A stretch of DNA of 64,000 nucleotides, taken from assembly GCA_951406725.2 (NCBI GenBank), contig OX597826.1:18786001-18850000 (forward strand), written 5' to 3'. The notes beneath the pieces were generated by a model that saw only the letters and a list, made by a program, of their open reading frames with translations, searched no databases and was not told where the DNA came from. Position 1 is the first letter of the stretch, and each line of letters starts with the position of its first letter. Positions 40,385-53,737 of this stretch are shown piece by piece. The position numbers and the translations under genes are program-made. Origin of the DNA: Octopus vulgaris. Taxonomy: Eukaryota.

Positions 40385-41102
40385 TCGGACAAGCACAACA
40401 TATTACCAAAGGTCTCGGTCATTTGTCATTGCCTTTGTGAGGACCAATGCTCAAAAGGTGCTTTTTACACCAATACCAACATTGGCTACAACTATGATTT
40501 CCCTTGGCTTGATGGGTTTCCTCAGGCACGGCATATCACCAAAGGTCTCGGTCACTAGTCATTGCCTCCATGAGGCCCTATATTTGAAGATTATGATTCA
40601 CCATTTTGTCCCATGTCTTCCTAGGTCTACCTCTACAATAGGTTCCCTCCACAGCTAGAGATTGGCATTTCTTCACACAGCTGTCCTCATCAACACACAC
40701 CACATGACCATACCAGCACATCATCTCTCTTACACACCACATCTGATGCTTCTTATGCCCAACTTTTCTCTCAAGATGCTTACGCTCTGTTGTACATGCA
40801 CACTGACATTGCACATCCAGTGAAGCATATTAGCTTCATTTCTTTCAAGTCTATACATGTCTTCTGTGGTCACAGCCCAAGTTTCACTGTTATGTAGCAA
40901 AGCTGTTTGCTAACAGACATCACACAGCATGCCTTTCACTATGAGGGAGAAGCCCTTTGTTGCCAACAGAGGTAGGAGCCCTCTGAACTTTACCCAGCCT
41001 ATTCTTATTTTCTCAGTTACACTCTCAGAGCATCCACCACTGCTACTGGCTTGGTCACTTAGATAACAGAACTATCAGTTACTTCTAGCTTACCCCTGGG
41101 GT
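40385..41102 (-). mobile_element. RTE LINE 3' part, family of 24227-24820
   Basis: GKLEVTDS...WYGHV...EDSCVKKC.SL.VEGT..RGRPRKTW; 3' region has a ~40-bp direct repeat (ACCAAAGGTCTCGGTCA) near 40405 and 40538. Confidence 0.85.
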
Positions 41103-41151
41103 ATTTATGTGTATATATATATATACATATATACATATATATATGCATGCA

Positions 41152-41267
<116 letters not shown>

Positions 41268-41367
41268 TATATATATATGTATATATATATGTATATATAT
41301 ATGTATATATATATGTATATATATATGTATATATATATATATGTATATATATATGTATATATATATG

Positions 41368-41399
<32 letters not shown>

Positions 41400-41510
41400 T
41401 TTAAATATTGAGGGAGATAAATTAATATTAATTTTAATATCAATTTAAAACCAGTAGTCCAGCATTCAAAAAATCTGAGGAGTCAGAAAAAATTCAAATA
41501 TATGTGTATA

Positions 41511-41937
41511 TTGGCAGGGCTGGCCTGCTAGGTAGCCGGCCAGAATGCTAGAAGAAGATCATCAACGATCAAACTACAAGGGAAAATCTCTAGAGGAAGA
41601 ATTCAGCGAACACCAGAACCAACATTGGTGGGCAGGACATATGAAAAATTAAATAAAAAACAGACTTAAATGCATACCTCGGTTTCGGTCTTAACAAAAG
41701 AATTACTTGCATAATTCAAGTGTCCGTGACTTCATCAGTACATTCGGTCCTCGAGATGCAAACCGCAAGACTAACCCCAGCTCTCTGTGTCAAGACAGAC
41801 ACGTGCTTAGTCTTACTGATTACATCAGGAATAAAATTTCAAATGTCTTGGTTCTGGCGCGCTATTCCCTTGTAGTTTGATCGTTGATGATCTTCTTCTA
41901 GCATTCTGGCCGGCTACCTAGCAGGCCAGCCCTGCCA

Positions 41938-41938
<1 letters not shown>
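41511..41938. mobile_element. Young fold-back element with perfect 74-bp TIRs, inserted in (TA)n
   Basis: 41511-41584 is the exact reverse complement of 41865-41938; CpGs retained. Confidence 0.9.
41668..41745 (-). ncRNA. Type-I hammerhead ribozyme motif
   Basis: Minus: GAATGTA-CTGATGA-AGTC-(37 nt)-GACC-GAA-ACC-GA-GGT-A-TGCATTT; 7-bp stem I, GUA site, core intact. Confidence 0.75.
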
Positions 41939-41977
<39 letters not shown>

Positions 41978-41984
41978 GTATATA

Positions 41985-42074
<90 letters not shown>

Positions 42075-42690
42075 ACACACATGCGTGTATGCATGTGTAT
42101 GTGTGTGCATATGTATGTGTGTTTGTGTGTGTGTGTGTGTGTGTATCAATAAATGAGCGTTTATGTGGTTATGTATGTGTGTTTAGACTCAGAATGCTCT
42201 GAAGTGGTGTGTCCTCAAGAAAAACAAATTTGATTTTTGAAATCTTCATCCCAAAGAGAAGGTTGTCCGTAAATAATAATAAAAAAATATGATTTGCTAC
42301 AAGAAATAACTCAACTTTTAGATCAGCATATCTCCCACTCTCTGTTTGTCACAACCACACTCTCTTCTTCTCTTACACCTTACCTTCTCTGTATATATTT
42401 ACCACACACTTTATCACTCCCACTTTGTATATGTATTATCTCTCTCACATGCTATCCCTTCCTCTCTCTCTTCATATTACATAATTGCTTTCATTTCACT
42501 TAAAACTTTGTCTTGTAATGCTTACTATCATTTTATGATACACAGCTATCACACTTTAAAATTTTTCTAAAATTTTCCTGGAATAAATGAATCACAAAAT
42601 TGGATTCAATATGTAAAAGTACATCAATATACCAAATTTGAAAATTTTCACTTAATTTCAAAATTTCAAAATCTGTAACAGCAACAGAAA

Positions 42691-42774
<84 letters not shown>

Positions 42775-42888
42775 TGTTTTTTGGTTTTCTCATTGTAAAT
42801 TTCCCCCTCTATATAGTTATCACACTCTCTCACGACCTGTCTCTGTATATGTATATCACTCATGCTCTGTGTTTGTGTGTGTGTGTGT

Positions 42889-43028
42889 CATCATCATCAT
42901 CATTTAACGTCCGTTCTCCATGCTAGCATGGGTTGGATGGTTCGACCAGGGATCTGGGAAGCCAGAAGGCTGCACCAGGCTCCAGTCTTATCTGGCAGTG
43001 TTTCTACAGCTGGATGCCCTTCCTAACA
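42889..43028 (-). mobile_element. SINE family C 3' part with (GAT)n tail
   Basis: Reverse complement of 55087-55240; more copies at about 1300-1400, 6610-6830, 10670-10880, 21655-21740 and 49250-49420. Confidence 0.85.
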
Positions 43029-43104
43029 TCATGTATATAAGGAATTTCATTAGGGCAGCAGAGTGATTTGAAAAAGGTATGTAAAAGATATTTTATTTTA
43101 ATAT

Positions 43105-43489
43105 TCCTTTATTTGTTTCAGTCATTTGACTGTGACCATGCTGGAGCATCGCCTTTTAGTCGAACAAATCGACTCCCAGGACTTATTCTTTCTAAGCCTA
43201 GTACTTATTCTATCAGATCTCTTTTGCTGAACTGCTAAGTTACGGGGACATAAACACACCAACATCAGTTGTCAAGAGATGATGGGGGAGACAAACACAG
43301 ACACAAAAACATATACACATGCACACACACATACACACACACACACACAAACACACACACATACACACATACACAAGGCTTTGGTCAGCCGAAGGCTATA
43401 GTAGAAGACACTTGCCCAAGGTGACATGCAGTGGAATTGAACACAGTGGTTGGTAAGCACGCTATTTACCACACAGCCATGTCTGTGCC
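43105..43489 (-). mobile_element. SINE family A
   Basis: Reverse complement of 3363-3776 with an internal deletion. Confidence 0.88.
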
Positions 43490-45121
43490 TATAGTATACT
43501 TTTCTGTAAGTAAATGTCTTTTCTTACACCCCTCCCCCCCCCCACACACACAGACTCACTTAGTGTGAGGCGGAAGTTGAAAATATAAATTACAACTTTT
43601 CTTTGTTGTTGCTTAAACCCCATCAGTGGCCCCCTTTGGGTTAAACAAAAGCATTACTTCTGCATTAATCTTCTATAAAATGTGTTTATGTAGAGAAAAA
43701 TATTAAAAAACATCAATACATATCAGAGTGACGAAGAAACAAGGAAGGTACCAGATGGTCATGGGATGTGTTAGAAACAAAAGCTAAATTTCCCTTTTTG
43801 TCTGAAATTTTATTTTGTAATTGTAAACAGAAACAAATTGTAGATTTGGACTCTTGATATTTTAAAACTATGACTAAAAAAATTTCAAAAAGAAAGCTGA
43901 AATTTTAGGACTTACAAAGGAGGGTAGTGTTAAGGAAATATTGTTTTTTTAAATGTTTCTATCATTTTAACATTGGATTTCATTTTCTGTTTGCAAATAA
44001 AAGATCTGAACATTGTAACAGTGATCACTGATTTCCAAACTTTTTTTTAACCATTGTTTTTAAGTACATAATGCAAAAAAAAAAAAGAAAAATATGGCCA
44101 AAATCAGTACTAAGTGGGAGAGAGAGGTTTGAAATAAATCATAAATTTTCAAAAATTTTTGTTTTTTTAATGAATAGGTGTCTCTCATTGTTATAAAATA
44201 GTGTAAAACAAAAACATTAAACGAAATCAATCTGAAAAGTGGGAAAGGGGAAGATTCACAAATTTTCAAAGATTTTTGTTCACAAAATGCTTCCCCCATC
44301 ATTTGCCAGGATGTGAAGGTAATAAAATTGAAAATTCCCCATCAACACAGAGAAAATCCAACTTATGTGGGTGTGGTATTTGGAAAGTTTGCCAAAGCAG
44401 TCTATTGAGAAAATTACCTGGCAACAACAGGGTACTCAGCTAGGTTGTGTGCATGCATGTGTGTGTGTGTGTGTATGCATACACACACACATGCACACAC
44501 ACATACATACGCACACATGCAGACAAACACACACATACATACAGATGTATATATAATATTTTCACATCTTAATTGCAGACATACATCCATGGAGACAAAC
44601 AAGCAGGCAGAAAGAGAGAGAGAGAGAGACATGCATAGATAAACATTCAATTCAATCTGTCAAGATTAACTGGATAATTTATATTTATGTTTATATATCT
44701 TTCTGTGTGGTAATTTGAGATTTAGATCCATAGCTGGGTTTCACATAGAGACACATTGCATTTATCAGTGGTCAGGGGTGGGATGGAAGGCAGGCAGCCA
44801 TTGAACACATGACAAATACATTTAGAATAGAAGGACGTATATCAAGAGAATCTACGCAGTTTTACAAGAGGCTTTGTGATCATACACAAACGGTCCTCAT
44901 ACACACAAATACCTATACACACACACGGACACACATAACATATATATATATAAATCTATCTATCTAACTAGCTTATATACACACATGTATAAATTGAGGA
45001 TATAATCATTAAAATGATTATATCAGCGGCTAGCATATAAAAACCACCATATTGGTAAAATTAATTTTACTGACATGTTCATATATACAGACATATGTAT
45101 ATATATATATATATATATATA

Positions 45122-45295
45122 GTTCAAATTTATGGAAAACAAAAGATGAAGACAGGTGTATGAACAACAAGCAAGTGTGTTAGTTTGATGCTCAGGAAAA
45201 ATGAAAAAGTCTTTTACTTTTTGAGCCTACACTCTTCAGAAGAAAGGAATAAGAGAAAATAAACAGAGAGAATGGAAAAAAACCTGAATGAACTT
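45122..45295 (-). mobile_element. Short (TA)n-embedded repeat, decayed relative of 55262-55455
   Basis: GTCTTTTACTTTTTGAGCCTACACTCTTCAG is the decayed reverse complement of the hammerhead-like motif at 55321. Confidence 0.7.
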
Positions 45296-45428
45296 CCTAC
45301 TCTTTGGACTTGCAATTCTGAACCACTTCCCGAACTTTCAGCCTCTCCTCATTCACATACCAGCACTCCACCCAGATTACCACTGGATCTACTGAATATA
45401 TCTTCACGGATTTCCCTGGATTTTTCGT

Positions 45429-45466
<38 letters not shown>

Positions 45467-45533
45467 TTTATTATTTATATGTATGTATATATATATCTGT
45501 AAATGTAATATGCAACAATTATTCGGTAGCCAT

Positions 45534-45594
45534 GATAAAACTCTGAGTTTTGGATGTTGGGGTGGAAATCCATGCCACCATCTCTTCAGTTATC
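45534..45594 (-). ncRNA. Hammerhead-like motif with G12A change, probably inactive
   Basis: Minus: GATAA-CTGAAGA-GATG...CATCC-AAA-ACTC-A-GAGT-T-TTATC. Confidence 0.65.
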
Positions 45595-46530
45595 CGGCCA
45601 TCGGAAAAATTGCTATGAAAATGACTGTTAAATGAGGGGAAATTCCTGTGTAATTGACCGTTATTAAGACAGAAGAGCTATTTGAATAACCATTAAGTGA
45701 GGGGCGGGAGTAAAAGTAATAGGGTAAAAATGTTCATAATATTTGCGTAAGTGTGCATATCCATACCTACACATGCGTGCCCGCACACCCACGTACATGC
45801 TCCTATAAGTATACACTCATCCACCCTCACTTGAAACATGTACATTCTCACCCACACCATTCGCCAAAAGATATATATATATATATCTATATATACAATC
45901 CCACACACATCCACGCACACCAAAAAGGTTCATACACACATCTATATATGCACAAGCAGAGGAAAAAACAGGGCTAAGGGCAACAATACAGAAAAAAAGT
46001 GTAAAGAAGTATAAAAAAAATAAGCAATAAGAGTAAAACATGTCTATATATGCACATACCCCCACACATCTATATGCACACACACATACACATGTGCACA
46101 AAAAAGTTCATACACATGTCTATATACACACATGCACAAGAAAAAACAGGGCTAAAGGCAAAAATACAGGAATATGAGTAAAACACGTCTATATATGCAC
46201 ACATTCGCATCCATGCACATACACGCACACACATCTATGTATGCACATACCCACACACACACACACACATCTACACGTGCACACAAAAGATTCCATATAC
46301 ACGTCTATATACACACAGGGAAAATGCAGAGTGGAAGGTAAAATACAGAAAAAATATGTGTAAAAAATATATAAACAATAAACCTATAAAACAATATCTC
46401 TATAAATATGTAAAAAATATATAAATATATATAAAAATATATAAGAAATATAAGTGAAAAGTATAAAGAGATAAAAAGCTTGTACATGGACACAATATAG
46501 AAAGCAAGTCCAAAAACAACAAATATTTAG

Positions 46531-46755
46531 CAACACAGCTCCCATGACTTTCGGAAACATTTCTTCACGCTCAGAGTTGCTGAAGCATGGAATAAACTGC
46601 CTGCATCAGTTGTTGACTGCCATGACACTGCATCCTTTAAGGCCCTCATGCTTTCCGAAATCCGTCGAAACTACACCTGATTATATATGCACTTTAGATG
46701 AGTTGTAGTGCACCTGAGCACTGTACATAATGTTTATTATTATTATTATTATTAT
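46531..46755 (+). mobile_element. CR1-clade LINE 3' end
   Basis: QHSSHDFRKHFFTLRVAEAWNKLPASVV...ASFK, stop at 46680, short UTR and (TTA)n tail. Confidence 0.88.
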
Positions 46756-47163
46756 ATGGTTCAGTTCTTGAATTCAGACATATAGCGGAGTCTAAGCTGC
46801 TTTTCCAGATGAGCCGTCTTTCCACTGCTGTTGGTGTAGGGCTTACACTTGGCTAAGATCTTCCAATGGATGTTGTAACTGACACCTTTATCTTTTAAGG
46901 ACCATATATGATTGGATAATTTGGTCATTTTCCTTTTATCCCAGTGCCTGAAGCTCATGATGTGATTATTGATAAAGGCGTCAGTTACAACATCCATTGG
47001 AAGATCTTAGCCAAGTGTGATAAAATATTCTTTTGGCAGATTTTGTCCTTGAAGTTGGCTAAGGGCTTTAGTTGAAGACACTTGATCTAGATGTCATGCA
47101 GTAGGCCTGAACCTGGAACTATGTAGTGATAAAACAAACTACTTAACCACATGCACATCTGTG

Positions 47164-47232
<69 letters not shown>

Positions 47233-47297
47233 GTCCCGGGTTGAGTCGGGGTTAATCACAGTAAATAAGGTACTCAATACATAGCAGAGTAAATTAA

Positions 47298-47427
47298 TTT
47301 ATTTTATAGAAGGAGCTTCTACAGGACTAGAACTGTTTCATTCAAAAGAAATCATCAGGAAGCTTCCTGATGATTTCTTTTGAATGAAACAGTTCTAGTC
47401 CTGTAGAAGCTCCTTCTATAAAATAAA
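47298..47427. repeat. Perfect 130-bp loopless palindrome
   Basis: Exact self-complement centred at 47362/47363 (GGAAG|CTTCC). Confidence 0.95.
47361..47411 (+). ncRNA. Type-I hammerhead ribozyme motif (mirror copy on minus at 47314-47364)
   Basis: AGCTTC-CTGATGA-tTTC-tttt-GAAt-GAA-ACAG-ttctagtc-CTGT-A-GAAGCT; predicted cleavage after 47405. Confidence 0.8.
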
Positions 47428-47428
47428 A

Positions 47429-47461
<33 letters not shown>

Positions 47462-47812
47462 TACATATATATATTATCATCACCATCATCATTTTCATAT
47501 ACTGTCCTTTATACATACATACATACATACATAATACATACGTGTGTGTGTAAGCTATTTAAGAGTCCATAAGTCAGGAAAAATTGCACTCATATATATC
47601 TGTAATATTAATCGCAGTATATTGTGGCTATATAATTCTGTACACTTCAATTAATATATTTATATATACCTTATTGGTAATTTTCAACCCCTATCCCCCA
47701 AAACAAGTTATAAAGTTGTAAATTAAAAAAATGATACACAGTATTCAGAGATATTTTGCCAAATTTTAAAAATATAATTTTTATATTATATAAATACATA
47801 CATGCATAGACA

Positions 47813-47852
<40 letters not shown>

Positions 47853-48378
47853 ATATATGCATATATATGTGTGTATGCATATTCAGGCATGTATATGTTT
47901 ATATAATGAGATATGCAGGCATCATTGTGTTTGTTGAGTGTTGTGTCACTAGGATAGGTCTAACCAAATTATATGAGATTTGATGAAGAAGATAATTTCC
48001 CAGCACCTGTTCTAATCCTATCCACTACATTGGCTTCTTCCAGATGTGGGTACATCCTCTTCCGTCCCTCCTCCATATCATCATCATCATCATCATCATC
48101 ATCATTCTCAGCAATATTATTATCATCTTGTGGTCATTTACACTATCATCATTGCCACCATCTCCTGTAACATTAATATTATCACTGCTTTGCAGCATTC
48201 CTTCCATTTTCATACTCTGAGTTCAAATTCTACAGAGGTCGACTCTGCCTTTCATTCTTTCAGGGTTGACAAAACGAGTACCAGTCGAATACTGAAATCG
48301 ATGGAATCAATTTAACCCCTCCCCCAAACATGCTGATTTTGTGCCAAAATTTGAAGTCACTATTATCACTGTTTGTAG

Positions 48379-48590
48379 GGCAGTGAACTGGCAGAAACGC
48401 TAGCATGCTGGGCAAAATGCTTAGCGGTATTCTGTCTTTACATTCTGAGTTCAAATTCTGCCGAGATCGACTTTACCTTTCATCCTTTCAGGGTCAATAA
48501 ATTAAGTACCAGTTGTGTACTGGGGTCAATCTAATTGACTGGCCCTCTCCTCAGAAATTTTGGGCCTTGTACCTAGAGTAGAAAGGAATA
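48379..48590 (+). mobile_element. Full-length SINE family B
   Basis: GGCAGTGAACTGGCAGAAACGCTAGCA..GAGTTCAAATTCTGCC..; a partial copy lies at 48210-48360. Confidence 0.88.
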
Positions 48591-48779
48591 TTATCCTTAT
48601 TTCATTTAGACTATGTTAGCATTGCCATACCACTGACATTGTCATCATCATTTACATTGTCTCCACCGTACCCATCTTTAATATTGCTAGAAAACTGAAG
48701 GTTCAAATAAAACATGTTTAGATCAGTGCTGGACTAAACTGAAATGAATTAGATGTCACGGGAATTATCAATTAATAAT

Positions 48780-48990
48780 GATTTTAAATTTTGGCACAAG
48801 GCCAGCAAGTTGGGGAGTTGGGGTAAGCTGATTACAATGCCCCCAGTACTCAACTGGTACTTATTTTATTGACTCCAAAAGGATGTAAGGCGAAGCCAAA
48901 CTCTGCAGCACTTGAACTCAGAACGTAAAGTCAAAAGAAAAGGTGCAAAGCATTTTCTCGATGCACCAAGGATTTTGCCAGCTCACCGTC
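48780..48990 (-). mobile_element. SINE family B
   Basis: Reverse orientation relative to 48379-48590; another copy at about 60368-60550. Confidence 0.85.
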
Positions 48991-49207
48991 TTCCACCATT
49001 AAGATATAACAATAAAAACAACCACACTTCTCCTTCAGCTGTTTGTTCATTTAACATCCATTTTTCTATGCTAGCCAGAGTTGTCTTGGCAGTTTTATAG
49101 GCCCCTGGGCAAATCAGCGCACTGGGCCCTATAGCATTATTTATGGACAGCAAGTCACAACGTATAAAGATTAAACAGTAGTGTGGGGAGTCTGTTTACT
49201 TTTGGGA

Positions 49208-49244
<37 letters not shown>

Positions 49245-49719
49245 TCATTGTCATTATCATCATCATCATGGGTTGGATGGTTTGACCACAGCTGGCAAGC
49301 AGGATGGTTGTACCAGATTCCAGTATGATTTGGCTTGGTTTCTATGACTGGATGCCCTTCATAATGCCAACCACTTTACAGAGTGTGCTAGGTGCTTTTA
49401 ACATAGCACCAGCACAGGGCTCTTGTAGGCCAATCCTTTTCATCAGGGAAGTGGCATTAACGCTTCTGCTGTGGGATACAGATCTTCTTTATATATATAA
49501 GATATATATAATGCTGAAAGAAGTGAAAGATTTCCAGTATGTCAGATCCTGAATAACAAGCTCAGGAAAGGCTCATATAAGTGAACACTCATATAACTTA
49601 ATGCTCATATAACTGAAGATTGGTCAGCATGTAACAAGATGACAACAATTTGAAAATCAAATCTAAATTGAGGACTAAAACATAAATGGTAACAAAAGTT
49701 ACCATTATATATATATTCT

Positions 49720-50420
49720 TCTTCCAACAAATGATCTTTAGTAATCATGATTATCTAAAGCAGAGCAGCTGATAGAATTCCAGTTTTTACCTAGTGTTTC
49801 CAGAACCTCTATGTAAAGAAGGGGCCTTTTATTTGAGCTTGTGATGTGAGCAGGCTTCCATAGCAACAAATGATGTACTGCCCCATCTTGTTTCTTCAAC
49901 AATGACCAGTTAGCCTTAGTCATCATTGTTCCAATGTGATTGTTATCAGAGATTGCCCTAAAGATTTTCATTGGTATTATGTTTCCCCTGTCCTATGCAG
50001 AGCATTGCTCAAAGTAATCCTATATAGGTGCTACTCAATTGATTTTGTGGATTTTTGCTACCATTTATGTTTTAGTCCAAAATTTAGATTTCATTTTCTA
50101 ATTGTCATCATTTTGTTGCATGCAGATCAATTTTCAGTGATATGAGCATTAATAACAGCCTTTTCCTTAGCGTGTTATCTAGGCTCTGACATACTGGAAA
50201 TCTTTCACTTCTTTCAGCATTGTCTCCTTCTGATGTAATGATGTATTTGAAGGCTAATTCACAATGAACTCACTTTTTGTTTCCTTAATGTCTTAGTCAG
50301 TTTCAGCAGTAAGTTAGTTTCACTTTGCAATCATTGTTGTTTTGCAGCTTAATCCAATAACAATGCAATGTCATCTGCAAAATCTGTCTCAGCCACTATT
50401 TTAGCTGACAGTCTAATTAT
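49720..50420 (-). mobile_element. Degenerate RTE LINE RT/C-terminal fragment
   Basis: ETDFADDIALL motif near 50380; downstream HHLLLWKPAH..RPLLYIEVL. Confidence 0.7.
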
Positions 50421-51412
50421 GATGTACTCTGTGGAATATGAATGACCTGTAGAGAAACAGTATTTCATTATGCAACCATAATATACTACAAAGTATATTG
50501 AACACTTATATAAGTCATAACTGTGTTCCACTGTGTTAGCAGTGCTATTACATCATTTATTAAGGTTATTGATATTTGCATATCAGCTTCCAGGAATGTG
50601 TTTAATATATAACATTGGTATATCCAAAAACATTACACCACTAGAGTTCATGGATGGTTAATGGGATGGATGGGAGCTGATTAAGAAATAAAAGCTCCTG
50701 AAATATGGCCCATCACTCAGATTCCATCTTCAATCTCATTGTTGTGTACATGTGGTGTCTTGGATGAGAAACATCGCAACAAAATTAGTGCTGACTTTAA
50801 TTTCTATAGAAAATCTGTAGAGATAACTTTAACAAGTCTGTGGAATAATTATGTACCTTGTTACCGAGTGAGTGTCTCTGTGAAGGTAATTACATGCTGA
50901 GCACATGCTGATCCATTCATCCATTCTGGGAAGTTTCATTTCTAATCACACATGATTGACAGATTTATACTGCTGGTCAAAGAGGGAGTCTATCTGTTTT
51001 CACACTGCAGGATGAGAGATCCAGACCTCAAAACAGAACATACTACACCACAGTGAGGTTACACATTTTTTTTAATATTGTGTACCCGAGATATATTATG
51101 TTTATTCTGTCACTGTATCACAGCTACAAATATATCAATTTATATGAATATCTTTTAAGACCCATGGTGAAAGCGTTTGCTAAGATTAATTATGATGTAC
51201 CCTGAGAAGTTTATCTATATGTCTTTTTACTGGGTTTACATATGTATACACACACATTTTTAAAAGGATTTAAATCATATATCTATAAATACAAATAAAC
51301 ATGCATGCACACAGATACATATATCTACATACATAAATATATATACATAAATGTGTGTGCATGTACATACATGCATATATATATATATAGATAGATAGAG
51401 AGAGAGAGAGGG

Positions 51413-51447
<35 letters not shown>

Positions 51448-51495
51448 TAAATAGATAGATAGATAGATAGATAGATAGGTAGGTAGGTAGGTAGG

Positions 51496-51601
<106 letters not shown>

Positions 51602-52210
51602 CACATACATAGAGCAGTGAGCGACTGCAAAGAATCTAGTATAATAACAACACTGTTTATAATAATAACCAAAATTATATTGTCTTTCTTTGCTATGTGT
51701 GTGTGTGTGTGTGTTTGTATGTATCATGAAAATAATAAAGATATATAAATTTATGCATGGGTGTGTATGTATGCGTGTGTGTGTGCCTGTCTGTATCATG
51801 ACAATAATGATGATATATATTGATGCATGGATGTATATGTAAGTGCATGTGTTTGAGTGTGTGTGTGTGTGTGTGTGTACATGTGTTGTGTATGCCATGT
51901 GTGTTTTTTTATGTGTGTGTGTTTGTATAAATATACATATGCTAAACACATGCCAGTTTCTGGCAAGTAGAATGTATTTTTAAAGATTGCGTGTGATGGA
52001 AATCAGTGTGATGCATTGAATTTAAAGTATGTTCTTACATATTTGTTTCTCATTATCTTAGTAAATTAGCAGTCTAATACTTCATTCACTCTTCCTCTAA
52101 ATACTACACTCCACCACACATATATACATGCACATACATACATACATAAATACATACATATACACACACGTATATAAATATATATATATATATATACATA
52201 CACATGCACG

Positions 52211-52274
<64 letters not shown>

Positions 52275-52507
52275 CACACACATGTGGTAATATACATGTG
52301 TTAATATAAAATTTATATTTCACAAACAATGCTTCAAGGGAACTACAATACTCTCTTATATATACATATACATATTCATTTATACATACATACATACATA
52401 CATACATACATACATACACGCATACATACATAATAAGGAAGAGTAGTGATATATATATATATAAAATTTTGTGGTAATAAAGATATACATGCATATATAT
52501 ATATATA

Positions 52508-52835
52508 AACTATGTATCACGCTTTATTGTAGGTCAAATTTTTGTTGCTGTTTTGAATATTAAACATTGTACAAACATGAAACTGAAAGATCCCAGGTAG
52601 TTATGGATGCAGTGAACATTTCAATCGTATTGATAAGCTACATACAATGTTATGTTGAGTCACGTATTTTGAAGCGCTTTCAGCTGTGTCACGCTTTATT
52701 ACAGGTGAACAAAAATGCCCCTGAAATGACGTTTGACTGCTATAGAGAAGACACAGATTGTTGAAGATCTTACAGAAGGCTTATCTGAGGGAGAATTAGC
52801 CCAAGAGCTTGGTCAGAATACGAACATTGAAGGCA
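52508..52835 (+). mobile_element. Tc1/Tc3-like transposon 5' fragment
   Basis: TCACGCTTTATT repeated near 52517 and 52689 (IR/DR pattern); ATG at 52715 gives MPLK*RLTAIEKTQIVEDLTEGLSEGELAQELG, an HTH-like N-terminus. Confidence 0.65.
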
Positions 52836-52909
52836 TGTGTGAAAAACACCATCACCAAACCAAAGCAAGATAAAGGTATGAGAAGAAGTGTATCCCAATA
52901 TAACACCAG

Positions 52910-52940
<31 letters not shown>

Positions 52941-53565
52941 CTATAATGGAGGAAGCTGCTTATTGATTAGTTATGTAACAATTACTAAAAGTACTAAAAG
53001 AAAGCAATTATTAAAGGGTTGACTGTCTGGAAATATTTTTATAAATTCATGTTCTAAGAAATTTCCTATAATTTCGATTTCTCAAGTTTCTTGAATTTTT
53101 GAAACTTCAGTTTTCCACAGATTTAAATATTCATTGCTATTCACTGCATCCAATTTCTCACAAATTTAAACATTCATTGCATTCACTGCGGAGTATTCCA
53201 TTTCCATTTGCAAAGTCTCTCACTTTCTTTTTTAAGTTTTCATTCGCTATTTGGAAAACCGACAGTTTAGTCTATTAGTGTATAAGTAATTTATTATTTA
53301 TTAAATGAAAATTTTTTAAATGCCCGTATAATTTTTGAATGCAGGATAGCTGTGAGAAAAGCCTAGAAAGTTGGGTAATTATTATTAGAAGACGAGGAGA
53401 AAAAAGTTGCCGACAAGTACTTGAAATTTGTACTTTATGCACATTTTCCAAACGCTCTGTACCACTAAGCCAATATATACACAAACAAGTTGCATGAGTG
53501 ACTTCAACAATGACACACTCGCGCACACACATAGATACACTTACACACAAATGAAAGGCAATGAA

Positions 53566-53737
53566 TGTGTGTGTGCATGCATGTGTGTGTGCATGCATGT
53601 GTGTGTGCATGCATGTGTGTGTGCATGCATGTGTGTGTGCATGCATGTGTGTGTGCATGCATGTGTGTGTGCATGCATGTGTGTGTGCATGCATGTGTGT
53701 GTGCATGCATGTGTGTGTGCATGCATGTGTGTGTGTG
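53566..53737. repeat. 16-bp minisatellite (GCATGCATGTGTGTGT)n
   Basis: About 10 perfect units. Confidence 0.95.

Larger units (their letters stand above)
45500..46970 (-). mobile_element. Penelope-like element 3' part: GIY-YIG fragment, 3' UTR and terminal hammerhead, interrupted by a CR1 tail
   Basis: 46970-46820 encodes NNHIMSFRHWDKRKMTKLSNHIWSLKDKGVSYNIHWKILAKCKPY (PLE GIY-YIG); same-strand HHR-like motif at 45594-45534. Continuity between the two is inferred. Confidence 0.7.

Noticed and set aside
43613-43644. TTAAACCCC...TTTGGGTTAA micro piggyBac-like footprint
   Set aside because: Too short to distinguish from chance.
53566-53737. CRISPR-like array
   Set aside because: Head-to-tail minisatellite with no spacers, in a eukaryotic context.
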